A stretch of 63,007 bases of DNA, filler included, from Octopus bimaculoides (GCF_001194135.2; 5 parts of 5 records of this genome joined end to end with filler, not necessarily neighbours in it), one strand, 5' to 3'. Positions 47,887 through 60,961 are shown, numbered from the whole stretch's first letter. Notes: a model not told the origin generated them from the letters alone. Program-made: numbers and translations.

Positions 47887-48507
47887 ATGCCACCAAAGAA
47901 AAGATGTAATCTCTCCAGAAACAACTATAAAGCAAGGATTGTAGGAAACCAACAGCAAGAGCCTCAAGAGAGAAAGCAGATGTGATTTTCTCAAGATTAA
48001 GCAAATGCATGCTGCAGCGCGTCAAATGGAGTCTTTCTCAACGTCAGCAAAGGTACGCTGCAGCACATAAGATGAAGTCTCAATACAGAAGGGAGATGAG
48101 ACTTTCTCAAGATCAACAAAGCAAGCTGCAGCACGTCAGATGGAGTCTCAATACAGAAGGGAAATGAGACTTTCCCAAAATTTCCAAATGAAACAAATGG
48201 TATGTGCTTCTCAGGTAACATTACCAGTGCTACCAGCTCCTCCTCAACCTCTTATGGATCTTCTAGAAGGCACTTCCATCCAGTCAAAGGATTTTCTGAA
48301 CAATATCAGACAAGACAACTCTGCATTTCAAATGACATCATTTGGTGCATCTAAGAAGATACTTGAACATGGATTGATGCTGACGTTCAGAGTTCAAGGG
48401 CAAGTCTATCACCTCATTGCTTCCCTGTTACCCGCAAATGAACAACCAGAGTTCCGTCAAATTTACTTTATGAGTGATGTAGGACAACAAACCCGACGGA
48501 AGTGTCA
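47887..48507 (+). mobile_element. Helitron Rep/helicase N-terminal fragment (pseudogenised)
   Basis: MPPKKR start, repeated ESQYRREMRLSQ..AA units, then KFPNETNGMC / VTLPVLPAPPQPLMDLLEG...FLNNIRQDNSAFQMTSFGA...FRVQGQVYHLIASLLP...QIYF, matching the Helitron-like N-terminal domain. Runs into a gap. Confidence 0.85.
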
Positions 48508-49034
48508 NNNNNNNNNNNNNNNNNNNNNNNNNNNNNNNNNNNNNNNNNNNNNNNNNNNNNNNNNNNNNNNNNNNNNNNNNNNNNNNNNNNNNNNNNNNNN
48601 NNNNNNNGACGCCAGTCTGTCGCAGCATTACTAATTTTTGCTAGCTGGGTGGACTGTAGCAATGTGAAATGAAGTGTCTTGCTGAAGGAGACAATGAAGT
48701 GTCTTACCGAAGGAGATAATGAAGTGTCTTGCTGAAGGAGACAATACAGCATTCTCTCTGTATACACTACCTACCTTCCCACCAGTTTCCCACCTTTTTT
48801 AAAATATAAAATAGTATGAGGTGTCAATCATGTCTGTTTTGGTTCCCCATTTCCAGGGGGATCCCAAGCACACAAAATACAGCCTGCCTTCTTACCAGTT
48901 TACATTGAAGTATCAGGCATCTGACTAGTGCACATGTGCAAGGGACAGATTAAAGTTAGCCACTTATTAGAGTGCTTGAAGTTTAGTGCCAATAAAAACG
49001 GAACAGAATTTCTGACCAATCCAATACATACATA

Positions 49035-49250
49035 TACTTTTACTTGTTTCAGTCATTTGACTGTGGCCATGCTGGAGCACCGCCTTTAGTTGAACAAATC
49101 GACCCCAGGACTTATTCATTGTAAGCATAGTACTTATTCTATTGGTCTCTTTTGCCGAACTGCTAGGTTACAGGGAAGTAAACACACCTGCATCGGTTGT
49201 CAAGTAATTGTGGGTGGCGGCAGACAAACATATGCATACATACATATACA

Positions 49251-49297
<47 letters not shown>

Positions 49298-49440
49298 CCA
49301 GCTTCTTTCAGTTTCCATCTACCAAATCCACTCACAAGGCTTTGGTCGCCCGAGTATATAGTGGAAGACACTTTCTCAAGGTGCCATGCAGTGGGACAGA
49401 ACCTGGAACCACATGGTTGGCAAGCAAGCTTCTTACCACT
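49035..49440 (-). mobile_element. SINE family A, near full length
   Basis: Reverse-complement tail (TTTCAGTCATTTGACTGTGGCCATGCTGGAGCACCGCC), body and head. Confidence 0.85.
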
Positions 49441-49579
49441 TCTTTCAACCATTAGACTGTGGCTATGCTGGGGCACTGCCTTGAATTTTTAGTCAAATGA
49501 ATTGGCCCCAGGACTTATTTTTTTTAATATGTGTGTGTGTATAAATAGGCGCAGGTGTGGCTGTGGTAGGTAGCTTGCT

Positions 49580-49749
49580 TCAATCTAGATGTATTGCAAA
49601 TGTCAGCATTACTTGGAATTGCACGCATAATGCGTAAAGTACTGTCTGTCTGAGGTCCTTCTTGTGACTTGACAAAGAGTACAAACCCCCGGTAGACACA
49701 ATATCTTCAATCAACAACTTTATGATATTGTATACTGTGCAACGTCTAC

Positions 49750-49791
<42 letters not shown>
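49580..49791 (+). mobile_element. R4/Dong subfamily 1 tail plus (AAT)n
   Basis: NLDVLQMSALLGIARIMRKVLSV* and a UTR matching 40160-40325; (AAT)n at 49750-49791. Confidence 0.85.
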
Positions 49792-49793
<2 letters not shown>

Positions 49794-49995
49794 AAAAATT
49801 AATATGAGAAGTATAGAAAAAACAGCAAAGTACCAGGACCTAGCTATTGAATTACAGAGACTATGGAAAATGCTGGTAAAATGTATCCCAGTAGTTATAG
49901 GAGTATTGGGAACTATCCCTAAAGATCTGAAAAGATGGATAAAGGAAATAGGCATAAAACCCAGTTTAGTACAGCTGCAGAAAACAATGTTATTA
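49792..49995 (+). mobile_element. R4/Dong subfamily 3 fragment
   Basis: ORF 49804+: SIEKTAKYQDLAIELQRLWKMLVKCIPVVIGVLGTIPKDLKRWIKEIGIKPSLVQLQKTMLL. Confidence 0.85.
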
Positions 49996-50152
49996 GCACC
50001 ATGTCACGCACATATGGTTGTGGTGCATGTGCCTGGTGTACCCTTATCAGACGGGTAGTCAAGATGGGTATATAGGGCTTCATATATTTGTACCCCAGTG
50101 TCACTTTGATGGCATGCACTGCTCTCTCACTCAATGATAATTATAATAATAA
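49996..50152 (+). mobile_element. Non-coding element F, 3' part, ending in AAT repeats
   Basis: The first 45 bp are the reverse complement of 35040-35083; ends CACTGCTCTCTCACTCAATGATAATTATAATAATAAT. Confidence 0.7.
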
Positions 50153-50154
50153 TA

Positions 50155-50260
50155 TTCTTTTCTACTCGAGACACAAGGCCTGAAATTTTGGGGGAGGGGC
50201 CAGTTGATTAGATCAACCTCAGTACGCAACTGGTACTTAATTTATCGACCCCGAAAGGAT
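50155..50260 (-). mobile_element. SINE family B, tail half
   Basis: CACAAGGCCTGAAATTTTGGGGGAGGGG...TTTATCGACCCCGAAAGGAT. Confidence 0.75.
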
Positions 50261-50729
50261 ATACTAAAACTAGAAGTTATGATGAGGTGAATACAGATTT
50301 ACTGTTTCCGTATGATATCCTAATGATTAAAGCTGTTTCATAATCTTCCCTATGTAATATTATTAATATTAACATTACAAATTAATACATACATTTTACA
50401 TGAACGTACGTATTTAGCATTATATAATACAACTGTATATTCACAAAGACATGCATAATAGAGAAAACTAACTCATCAGATTATATATTCTGGAGAACCC
50501 TAATATATTCAATATTCAACTACAAGGTAATTTAATTGCTATGTTATCTGATAGCCAGTTCCTTGTGAGTGTGCTTACTGTGAATAATGCATGATTTGCT
50601 GAATCTAAAGTTCTACTTTATTTCTATGTATAAATAGTGTTTGCAATATTTCATACTTAATTTTAAATGAGAGAAGTGGAGTGTGGATTATGCCCGAGGA
50701 AATGAAGTGTGTGTGTGTGTGTGTGTGTG

Positions 50730-51250
50730 TAAAGATCGATGGATGGATAGGTTGAGAGATAGATAGACAGATAGACTGACAAACAAATAGACAGACAGAC
50801 AGTCAGATATATAATCAACCAGGCATACATACAAACATACATACATACAGACAGGCAGACAGGCAGGCAAATAGATAGATGGATGGATAGACAGACAGAC
50901 AAACAGACAGATGAACAGATAGACAGACAGACAGATGAACAGATAGACAGACAGACAGACAGACAGATAAATAGATAGACAGTCAGAGAGTCAGTGAGAT
51001 AGATAGATAGACAAATAGACAGAAAGTCAGCCAGATGGATAGATACATAGACAGACCAACAGATAGACAGATAGGTAGACAGACAGACAGACCGACAGAC
51101 GGACGGACGGACGGACGGACGGATGGATGGATGGATGGATAGATAGACAGAAAGACAGACAGAAAGTTGAACAGATATACAGACAGCTAAATAGATAGAC
51201 AAACAGACAGTCCAACAGATAGATAGATAGATAGACAGATAGCTAGATGG
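50730..51250. repeat. Compound GATA/GACA/GGAT/GGAC tetranucleotide array
   Basis: About 500 bp of interleaved tetranucleotide runs. Confidence 0.9.
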
Positions 51251-51381
51251 TGGTGGTGGCGTCAAACGAGTGGACAGTTTCTTGCCAAGGGAAGGGACAC
51301 CAGCACCAATTGTAGGTCAGATTTTTTGTTGAAGTGAGCATACTGTTTAGAAGCAAACACAGACAGACATACAGGTGTGAA

Positions 51382-51418
<37 letters not shown>

Positions 51419-51724
51419 TTATATATGTAATCGTTTCCCACTGGTTTTATCTTATCATTTTATGTATTCAAAACCCAATTTATAAATGTTTTGCTAATGT
51501 TTTTGTTCATTTTGTTTTTTGACACTTTTTTGGGTTTTTGTTTGGTTTTTATGTCTTTTTTTTTTATTTCTTTCACACTCCTTTGGAATGCAACAGATTC
51601 CTACGTGCACACACACACACACACACTCATTTAAATACATGTACATAAGCATGTACACACTTCTATATTTATTATAAAAATAAGGTGTTGGATTCAGGAA
51701 ATCCAGGTGAATACACACGCACAT

Positions 51725-51759
<35 letters not shown>

Positions 51760-52168
51760 GCAATTCTCTCCCTCTCCGTTCTCTGTCATTCAGGATATAT
51801 TCTAAGTGTTACCCACTACTCTTGTTTTCTTGACCCTGGGGCCATATTTTGCTCATCTGTTCATACTTGTCCACCATCCTAAACCACACTCTGTGTTGCT
51901 TTTGTTTGCTCTCGGCTCTGAATTCTCCCCCAAAAAAATTTCTTGCAGGCACCACCAATATGGGAAGCCCTCAGTCTTATCATTATTGGTACAAAACTGA
52001 GTATTACCATTTGGTTGATAACTGATGAAGAATTAGGGACCCTCTGTGATTGTCTCCTGTCCGGTTGTGTACTCCATACAATATTATGTCATTTTTTTGT
52101 TTACCATACATTTTTCATTTATTGAGTAATGGAACACAACACACACCAAATTTGTATTAACAAGTAAG

Positions 52169-52217
<49 letters not shown>

Positions 52218-54619
52218 NNNNNNNNNNNNNNNNNNNNNNNNNNNNNNNNNNNNNNNNNNNNTTAATTAATTAANNNNNNNNNNNNNNNNNNNNNNNNNNN
52301 NNNNNNNNNNNNNNNNNAGAGCTAAAGATGTATATATTTACCACCTAAATAAAGTGTTGTTTAAGTTGTTAGTCTGGAGTTCAGCGTTCCGTTATATTTC
52401 TAATTTTATATAGGAAAGTCAGGTATACATCTAATGATGGATAACCAACTTTCCTATATGATAATACACAGAAGATACAAAGACATACACAACAGATATA
52501 CAAACATATACACATACACAATAGGTATACAAACGTACATATATACATAGACAGAACTACAACACTAATTGGCCTAGCCACACTGACTCTCATTACATAC
52601 ACACACATACACACACATATACACACACACACACAGACACACCTAGATAGATCAACGGCCAAGACTTGCCAAGCTTGTTAACTATTGCAACTCACCACGC
52701 CCCTCATAACATAAATAGAAACTATAAAATTGATTCGTTCTTTAACGTCACGATCAGCCGACACGCAGCTCACGTGTACCTGATGTGTGGGGGAGGACAC
52801 AAAAGTTGAACAGTGGTAGTGATGGTGGTGGTGGTGCTGGTGACGGTGGCGGTGATATTAATTGCCCTGGTAGCAGCAATTGCAATAGCAGCAGCAGCAG
52901 TAGTAATAGTAGTAGTTGTTGCTGTTGTTGTCGAGCACATGTGGGGGAAGACAATGTTGAGCTGTAATGATAAAGGTGGTGGTGGTGGTGGTAATATTTA
53001 ATTGTACCAGAAGTAGCAGTTGCAAAAACAGCAGTAGTAGTAGTAGTAGTAGTAGTAGTTATGACGGGAGTAAGAATATCAGCAGCAGTCGTCATAGCGG
53101 TAGTAACAGTCGTTTCCGTGACTGTTTAGCCCCAGGTCGGACCTGATCAGGCAGGCCTAATGAATCTTTACCTCGAGTGTCGTTCGAAGGGAAAAGATCC
53201 GGCCTAATATACTACAATAGTTATTCCAACTGTGACCATTCCGTCTGATTCGTTCAGACGACTTACATTTTTAAGCGTATCATTTCCCTCCCACACACTT
53301 TATTAAGGTAGCAGCGGCATAATGAAATACAAGAGAGATTTAGCTGCTGTTTCTAATATATATATATATATATATANNNNNNNNNNNNNNNNNNNNNNNN
53401 NNNNNNNNNNNNNNNNNNNNNNNNNNNNNNNNNNNNNNNNNNNNNNNNNNNNNNNNNNNNNNNNNNNNNNNNNNNNNNNNNNNNNNNNNNNNNNNNNNNN
53501 NNNNNNNNNNNNNNNNNNNNNNNNNNNNNNNNNNNNNNNNNNNNNNNNNNNNNNNNNNNNNNNNNNNNNNNNNNNNNNNNNNNNNNNNNNNNNNNNNNNN
53601 NNNNNNNNNNNNNNNNNNNNNNNNNNNNNNNNNNNNNNNNNNNNNNNNNNNNNNNNNNNNNNNNNNNNNNNNNNNNNNNNNNNNNNNNNNNNNNNNNNNN
53701 NNNNNNNNNNNNNNNNNNNNNNNNNNNNNNNNNNNNNNNNNNNNNNNNNNNNNNNNNNNNNNNNNNNNNNNNNNNNNNNNNNNNNNNNNNNNNNNNNNNN
53801 NNNNNNNNNNNNNNNNNNNNNNNNNNNNNNNNNNNNNNNNNNNNNNNNNNNNNNNNNNNNNNNNNNNNNNNNNNNNNNNNNNNNNNNNNNNNNNNNNNNN
53901 NNNNNNNNNNNNNNNNNNNNNNNNNNNNNNNNNNNNNNNNNNNNNNNNNNNNNNNNNNNNNNNNNNNNNNNNNNNNNNNNNNNNNNNNNNNNNNNNNNNN
54001 NNNNNNNNNNNNNNNNNNNNNNNNNNNNNNNNNNNNNNNNNNNNNNNNNNNNNNNNNNNNNNNNNNNNNNNNNNNNNNNNNNNNNNNNNNNNNNNNNNNN
54101 NNNNNNNNNNNNNNNNNNNNNNNNNNNGGCCGCAGTCCAATGACTGAAACAAGTGAACGATTAGAGATAAAAACGAGGTAAATTATCGATAATGATGAGG
54201 TGGGAAATTGAATGAAAACAAGAAAGAAGGCAGGCTGTTCCGGCTGAAGTTACGGTGATATCAATAACATAGTTTACTTAGAAAAAAAAAAAAGATGATC
54301 AAATTATGCCTGAAAGAAGGAGACAAGTAATTAGATAGATTTGCATCTATACCTATTACTGGATTTTGTTAGGGACCCATATGGTAAAGATGTGGATGGG
54401 AAAAATGTGGGTAGAGGGGTGATGTGAGAGCAACCCTCTCCCCTTGCTGTTTTAGAAAGTAAACAACACAAAAAACTACGCAGAGGCAACCATGGTTGAA
54501 ACAAGAACAAGAACAAGAAGCATTATTAAAAGAGAAAAGAAGCTTGGTCATTCCTTACGCAAGTGACCATATCTTATCACCCATCACTTGTTGTACGCTC
54601 ATAAATTAGTTTTATAGTT

Positions 54620-54820
54620 GAGTTCTGATTGGCTGTATGCAAATAAGTTCATAACTGGGGTCCGGAACTCTCGTGGAAAAAAATTTCGCGCCCGCAGTGC
54701 CATGTGCTGGGGGCGCCAAGGAGGGCGTGACAAAGACAGGGAAATTTCCACAACCGTCAGTTTGTACACGCCGATGTCAGCTTGTTCGGAGCGTCAGCAA
54801 GCCTTAGGGCCGGCCCTGGT
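54620..54820. other. CpG-rich segment: regulatory motif cluster or one end of a hAT-type MITE
   Basis: ATTGG 54628-54632, ATGCAAAT 54637-54644, TTTCGCGC 54684-54691, GGGAAATTTCC 54739-54749; ends in TTAGGGCCGGCCCTG, which resembles a hAT MITE terminus. Confidence 0.35.
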
Positions 54821-55005
54821 ACCACTCAAGTACTAGGTCGATTTATATTCAAAATTGTATCACCACATGCAAATGGTTCAAATTTTGATGCAGGGTAGCA
54901 ATTTTNNNNNNNNNNNNNNNNNNNNNNNNNNNNNNNNNNNNNNNNNNNNTTAATTAATTAANNNNNNNNNNNNNNNNNNNNNNNNNNNNNNNNNNNNNNN
55001 NNNNN

Positions 55006-55042
<37 letters not shown>

Positions 55043-55593
55043 ACATATATATATATCCATTCTGTGAAGTGAAGGTAACAACAATTGCAGCACCGCCATT
55101 AAGACCACGACCAATAGCAACAACAACAACAACAACAACAACCACAACAACAACGTTAGTAATAAATCAGAGTGTATCATCATTCCTTATGATACAATGT
55201 CTTTCACTAAATTATCAATTAATACTATATATGATTCCGTTCTCTGTAGCAATCTGACACCTCACCCTACTACCACCCTATCTCCTCCTCACCAGCCTCC
55301 ACCCCTCTGTCTCTCTTTCTGTCTCCCCTTCATACCTCCCACTTAGACCCGCTTTATAATTTTCCTCACTATTTCTTATTCCGCGCGTAACCCTCCTCCT
55401 TCATTGACGATTCCATATGATTTTGCTTGTTATTTTTGTAGTTATTCCCTGATTTTTCTTTTTCTTTTTCTTCTTTCTTTTTCGTTTTTTTTCTCGTCAT
55501 ATTTTCGCCCAGATTCTCAACATGGTTGTTTTCGATGAATCATTTTATATTAATCACTTTTCTTTCTTTTCTTTTATGTATTATTATCATTAC

Positions 55594-55647
<54 letters not shown>

Positions 55648-55976
55648 TATTAATATTATTCTTATTATTATTTTTTATTGTTGTTGCTGTTGTTGGTGTT
55701 GTTGTCATAGACGTTGTTGTTCGCTTTCTAATAATAAAAGTTGTATGTGTGTTGCTCTAGGTACATACGTTCGGACATGTATGGATGTGTATGACACTCA
55801 CACATATGTGTATATATATANNNNNNNNNNNNNNNNNNNNNNNNNNNNNNNNNNNNNNNNNNNNNNNNNNNNNNNNNNNNNNNNNNNNNNNNNNNNNNNN
55901 NNNNNNNNNNNNNNNNNNNNNNNNNNNNNNNNNNNNNNNNNNNNNNNNNNNNNNNNNNNNNNNNNNNNNNNNNNNN

Positions 55977-56009
<33 letters not shown>

Positions 56010-56205
56010 ATATACAAATTCATATATACGCAAACATATATATATATATATGTATGTATGTATATGCGTATATATATATATATGTATGTATATATATATG
56101 TGTGTATATATCTATCTATCTATTTATCTATCTATCTATGTTTCTACCTACCTACCTATCTATCTATCTATCTATACATATATATATATATATGTATGTA
56201 TATAT

Positions 56206-56240
<35 letters not shown>

Positions 56241-56499
56241 TGTGTTAAATATACATTTATACATATAAACATGTGTGTTAGTGTGTGTGTGTGCGTGTAT
56301 ATGTGTGTGTGCGTATATATATGCGTGTGTGTATACGTATCTATATGCATTTAAGTATACACAAACAAACGCACAGATATTCGCATATACATAAATACAA
56401 ATGCGCATGCGGACACACGCTGATAAGTACACAAAAACATTAATACATACGCAAATACCTTTAAAGACACATGCATACCACACTCGCATACGTGCGCAC

Positions 56500-56743
56500 A
56501 CACAAGATGTAGATATTCCCTCTGTACGTCTACGTATTCTGAAAAACCAAAGTCAACATTGTACATCTTGTTGTGGTCGTGACTGCTTAGCAGGTTAGCA
56601 TCACGCTGCGACATGATGGGGGTTCCTGTTTCGCCCCCACCTACCGTCGAAATGTAATACAATGTTGTGATATGATAGGGGTTGAGAAAGAAGGGTGAAA
56701 CCGGATCGAAATATTCCTTGTCAGTCAAATGTAATACATACAC
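56500..56743 (-). CDS. Possible coding exon of unknown product
   Basis: About 80 stop-free codons of non-repetitive sequence between microsatellites (EYFDPVSPFFLNPYHITTLYYISTVGGGETGTPIMSQRDANLLSSHDHNKMYNVDFGFSEYVDVQREYLHL). I recognise no family and the splice sites are unclear. Confidence 0.2.
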
Positions 56744-56879
56744 CTTTTTTTTTTTTTTTTTTTTTCACCAAGGTTCATTCCTTGCTAACAGCAGTTATAC
56801 ACCCTGAAGAATCCTGGATAAACATAGGAATGTGAGAAAATCTATGAAAGTGTATACTTACACACAGACGTGCGTACAC

Positions 56880-56961
<82 letters not shown>

Positions 56962-57569
56962 GCATGAATATATGTGTGTGTGTGTGTATGTATGTATATA
57001 TATGTATACATATATGTAGATATGTAAATATATATNNNNNNNNNNNNNNNNNNNNNNNNNNNNNNNNNNNNNNNNNNNNNNNNNNNNNNNNNNNNNNNNN
57101 NNNNNNNNNNNNNNNNNNNNNNNNNNNNNNNNNNNNNNNNNNNNNNNNNNNNNNNNNNNNNNNNNNNNNNNNNNNNNNNNNNNNNNNNNNNNNNNNNNNN
57201 NNNNNNNNNNNNNNNNNNNNNNNNNNNNNNNNNNNNNNNNNNNNNNNNNNNNNNNNNNNNNNNNNNNNNNNNNNNNNNNNNNNNNNNNNNNNNNNNNNNN
57301 NNNNNNNNNNNNNNNNNNNNNNNNNNNNNNNNNNNNNNNNNNNNNNNNNNNNNNNNNNNNNNNNNNNNNNNNNNNNNNNNNNNNNNNNNNNNNNNNNNNN
57401 NNNNNNNNNNNNNNNNNNNNNNNNNNNNNNNNNNNNNNNNNNNNNNNNNNNNNNNNNNNNNNNNNNNNNNNNNNNNNNNNNNNNNNNNNNNNNNNNNNNN
57501 NNNNNNNNNNNNNNNNNNNNNNNNNNNNNNNNNNNNNNNNNNNNNNNNNNNNNNNNNNNNNNNNNNNNN

Positions 57570-57618
<49 letters not shown>

Positions 57619-58019
57619 ATTCGCGCGCGCACAAACAGCTACTCATGCGCACGCGCATATGTCGTATATATATTATAATTTGAGTGGATGATAAACTCAG
57701 AAACTATTTACAGTTCCTGTTCATTATTAATAAAATAATCTAATTAATTAATTGTTGTAAGAAAATATCGTTCATCACATACAATAACCCTCTCTATGAT
57801 TTCTCCAGATGTCTTTCATTCCTTTATAGAGAGCGACTGCTTGTTTCACAGTCTGCTTCAAGTAGGTACATTGCTTCTGTGACCTGTTTGAGTGTTGGAT
57901 CGCTCTTGTCTGAGGGAAGAATTTTTATTGCAACAATATCTGATATATAAATTACACGAATGCACACAACTAATTCCTTGTACACACACACACACACACA
58001 CATACATGCATATATTCTA

Positions 58020-58230
58020 TTCTTTTATTCTTTTACTTGTTTCAACCCTTTGACGGCGACCATGCTGGAGCCCCGCCTTTAGTTGAGCAAATCGACCCGC
58101 GACTTATTCTTTGTAAACCTAGTACTTATTCTATTGATCTCTTCTATCGAATCGCTTAGTTACGTGGACGTAAAGGCACCAGCATCGGTTGTCAAGCGAT
58201 GTCGTGGGGACAAACACAGACACACAAACA
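58020..58230 (-). mobile_element. SINE family A 3' half
   Basis: CTTTTACTTGTTTCAA...CATGCTGGAGCCCCGCCTTTAGTTGAGCAAATCGACCC...CATCGGTTGTCAAGCGAT. Confidence 0.8.
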
Positions 58231-58682
58231 TATACACACATATACATATATATACATATGTATATGTATATGTATATATATATATATANNNNNNNNNNNN
58301 NNNNNNNNNNNNNNNNNNNNNNNNNNNNNNNNNNNNNNNNNNNNNNNNNNNNNNNNNNNNNNNNNNNNNNNNNNNNNNNNNNNNNNNNNNNNNNNNNNNN
58401 NNNNNNNNNNNNNNNNNNNNNNNNNNNNNNNNNNNNNNNNNNNNNNNNNNNNNNNNNNNNNNNNNNNNNNNNNNNNNNNNNNNNNNNNNNNNNNNNNNNN
58501 NNNNNNNNNNNNNNNNNNNNNNNNNNNNNNNNNNNNNNNNNNNNNNNNNNNNNNNNNNNNNNNNNNNNNNNNNNNNNNNNNNNNNNNNNNNNNNNNNNNN
58601 NNNNNNNNNNNNNNNNNNNNNNNNNNNNNNNNNNNNNNNNNNNNNNNNNNNNNNNNNNNNNNNNNNNNNNNNNNNNNNNNNN

Positions 58683-58724
<42 letters not shown>

Positions 58725-58774
58725 TTGATATCTGTATACATAGGCATGCATATATTTAACCATACATTTACATG

Positions 58775-58824
<50 letters not shown>

Positions 58825-59086
58825 AATGAATGTATGTATGTATGTACAAGCGTATACGTATATCTCTTTATTCACATGTATCTACATATACAAGGATATA
58901 CTTGCATATACACATACATACATGCATATACGCATGCGTGTACGCACACATTACACACACAAGCACAGAAATGTGAAACATATTGATTTCATTATCGCGT
59001 TATTACATAGTATTCAGCCAACATGATATATAACATGTGATACAATAACAACAAAGAACATTCACAACAACAACAACAACAACGGT

Positions 59087-59118
<32 letters not shown>

Positions 59119-59799
59119 CAACAGCAAAGTCTGTTGGAACTATAAGAAGGAGATCAGGGGCTGCTTGTACTTCGACTGCTAAAATATAGTTAGTTGCCTT
59201 GCAGCTTCTTTCAAACAGTTTAGTACATACACGTACTCGCACGCACAAACACGATCAGGCAAACTCTCTCACACGCACACACACACACACACATACACAC
59301 ACATTCGTGTACACACACGGGTACATGCACGCGCATGCACAAATGTATTTTTGTAAACACTACACACAATCACGTGCAAAAGAAAGAAGTAGAGTCAAGT
59401 GAAGTTTCCTTCCATAGTATAATACTGATATTTATTTCATCGCGTTTTAACTGAAACTGAGTCAGTCTTGGCCGGATTTTAACACATGATTCATAGAGCA
59501 GCAACACCAAAGTCGCTCTTTTAAAAGTCACGCTTTTGTTAACCCTGTATTTTAAAGTAATCACTAACAAAATGCGACACGCAGGATTTTCTGAGTGGCA
59601 CGCAAAAATAATAATAATAATATAAAAAAAAACCTTGAAAACTTTTAGCTGATTACCCCGATTAATGATAAGTCATGTCTGATGCGGTCCATTTCTCGAA
59701 AAAGTTTGCCCGCATCTTTGAAATATAAAGTATTGCCCCACCATAATATCGTCAATCCGGAGTTCTTTAAGAAACACAAATACCACTAAGATGTTACGA

Positions 59800-60310
59800 A
59801 ACATACGATGGTCTATCAAACTATTGATGTGATGGTCAATTGATCTACTTCTATAGCCACAGATAGACTGATGGACCGGACCCTTGGTCTTTGCCTAAGC
59901 CTAGATTGGTCTTCTGTCTATTAGTCTGATGATCTGATGGCCCTTGTCTCAATCAGATATAGTCTGTCTGATATTCCAGGTGACCATTTCGCTATGTCTA
60001 TAGTCTGAGGTCCCTTGATCCATATCTACAACCAATAATAGTATTTTGCTTTGATGGTAAACACTTCCGTTGGCCCCTTGGTATGCTTACAGCTACATAT
60101 GATCTCTGTCTCTATTGGTCTAACGATCTCTTTGCCTATATCTACAACGAGTGACGGTCTTTCGATCTGTTGAACTAATGGCCTAACTACACATTATCTG
60201 CTATCTTGTTGGTCTGTGTCCACAACCAGTGATAGACTATCTCTCTGCTGGTCTGATGGTCTACGGATCCGCTGGTGTGAGGGCACTTGATCCATGTCTA
60301 CAGACAGTGT
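59800..60310. repeat. Old degenerate tandem repeat
   Basis: Recurring TCTGATGG.CCCTTG and CTTGATCCAT.TCTACA.C.A.TGATAG-like words at irregular spacing of roughly 60-90 bp. Confidence 0.5.
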
Positions 60311-60319
60311 TATTCTACA

Positions 60320-60510
60320 ATTTTAAATATTTGTTTCAAGTTCTGGCACAAGGCCAGGATTCAACTGGTACTCATTTTATCAACCTCGAAAGGATGAAAG
60401 GCAAAGTCAACCTCGGCTCCATTTGGACGCAGAACGTAAAGACGGACGGAATGCCGCAAAGCATTTTTCCAGGCGCAGTAACCATTCTGCCAGCTCACCG
60501 CCTTGATAAC
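60320..60510 (-). mobile_element. SINE family B (internally deleted)
   Basis: GGCACAAGGCCAG...TTTTATCAACCTCGAAAGGATGAAAGGCAAAGTCAACCTCGG...CTGCCAGCTCACCGCCTT. Confidence 0.85.
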
Positions 60511-60701
60511 TACAAATATTGGTGGCGTTTAGTGGGACAAATCTTCATTTTTGTTAGCTTAGTTTTGGCTTTAGTTCTTTAAATTTTCAGCTTGTTCTTA
60601 GTAGATCTGAGCCACGCTTATGCTGGGATATCAACTGCATATCCAGCATCACATTTTACACTAAATATTAAAATAACTTCGGGGTGATAATATTTGTTAT
60701 A

Positions 60702-60893
60702 CAGGGTGGCCCAAAAGTAGGTTTACAGTTATTCAACTATCTCTTTCGCATTCATATATAAGCAGTTTAGATCTTAATTATAAAAAAGAAAATATGATTC
60801 CATGTTAATTTTAGTAAATTTTGTCAATATGATTCTATGTTAATTTCGTTAATTTTGTCAAGTTCCCTTTTCAGTTTTAAGATAGAAATTTAA

Positions 60894-60895
<2 letters not shown>
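60702..60895. mobile_element. Tc1/mariner-type MITE (left TIR retained)
   Basis: TA|CAGGGTGGCCCAAAAGTAGGTTTACAGTTA, body matching 32051-32200, truncated by (GATA)n. Confidence 0.75.
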
Positions 60896-60961
<66 letters not shown>

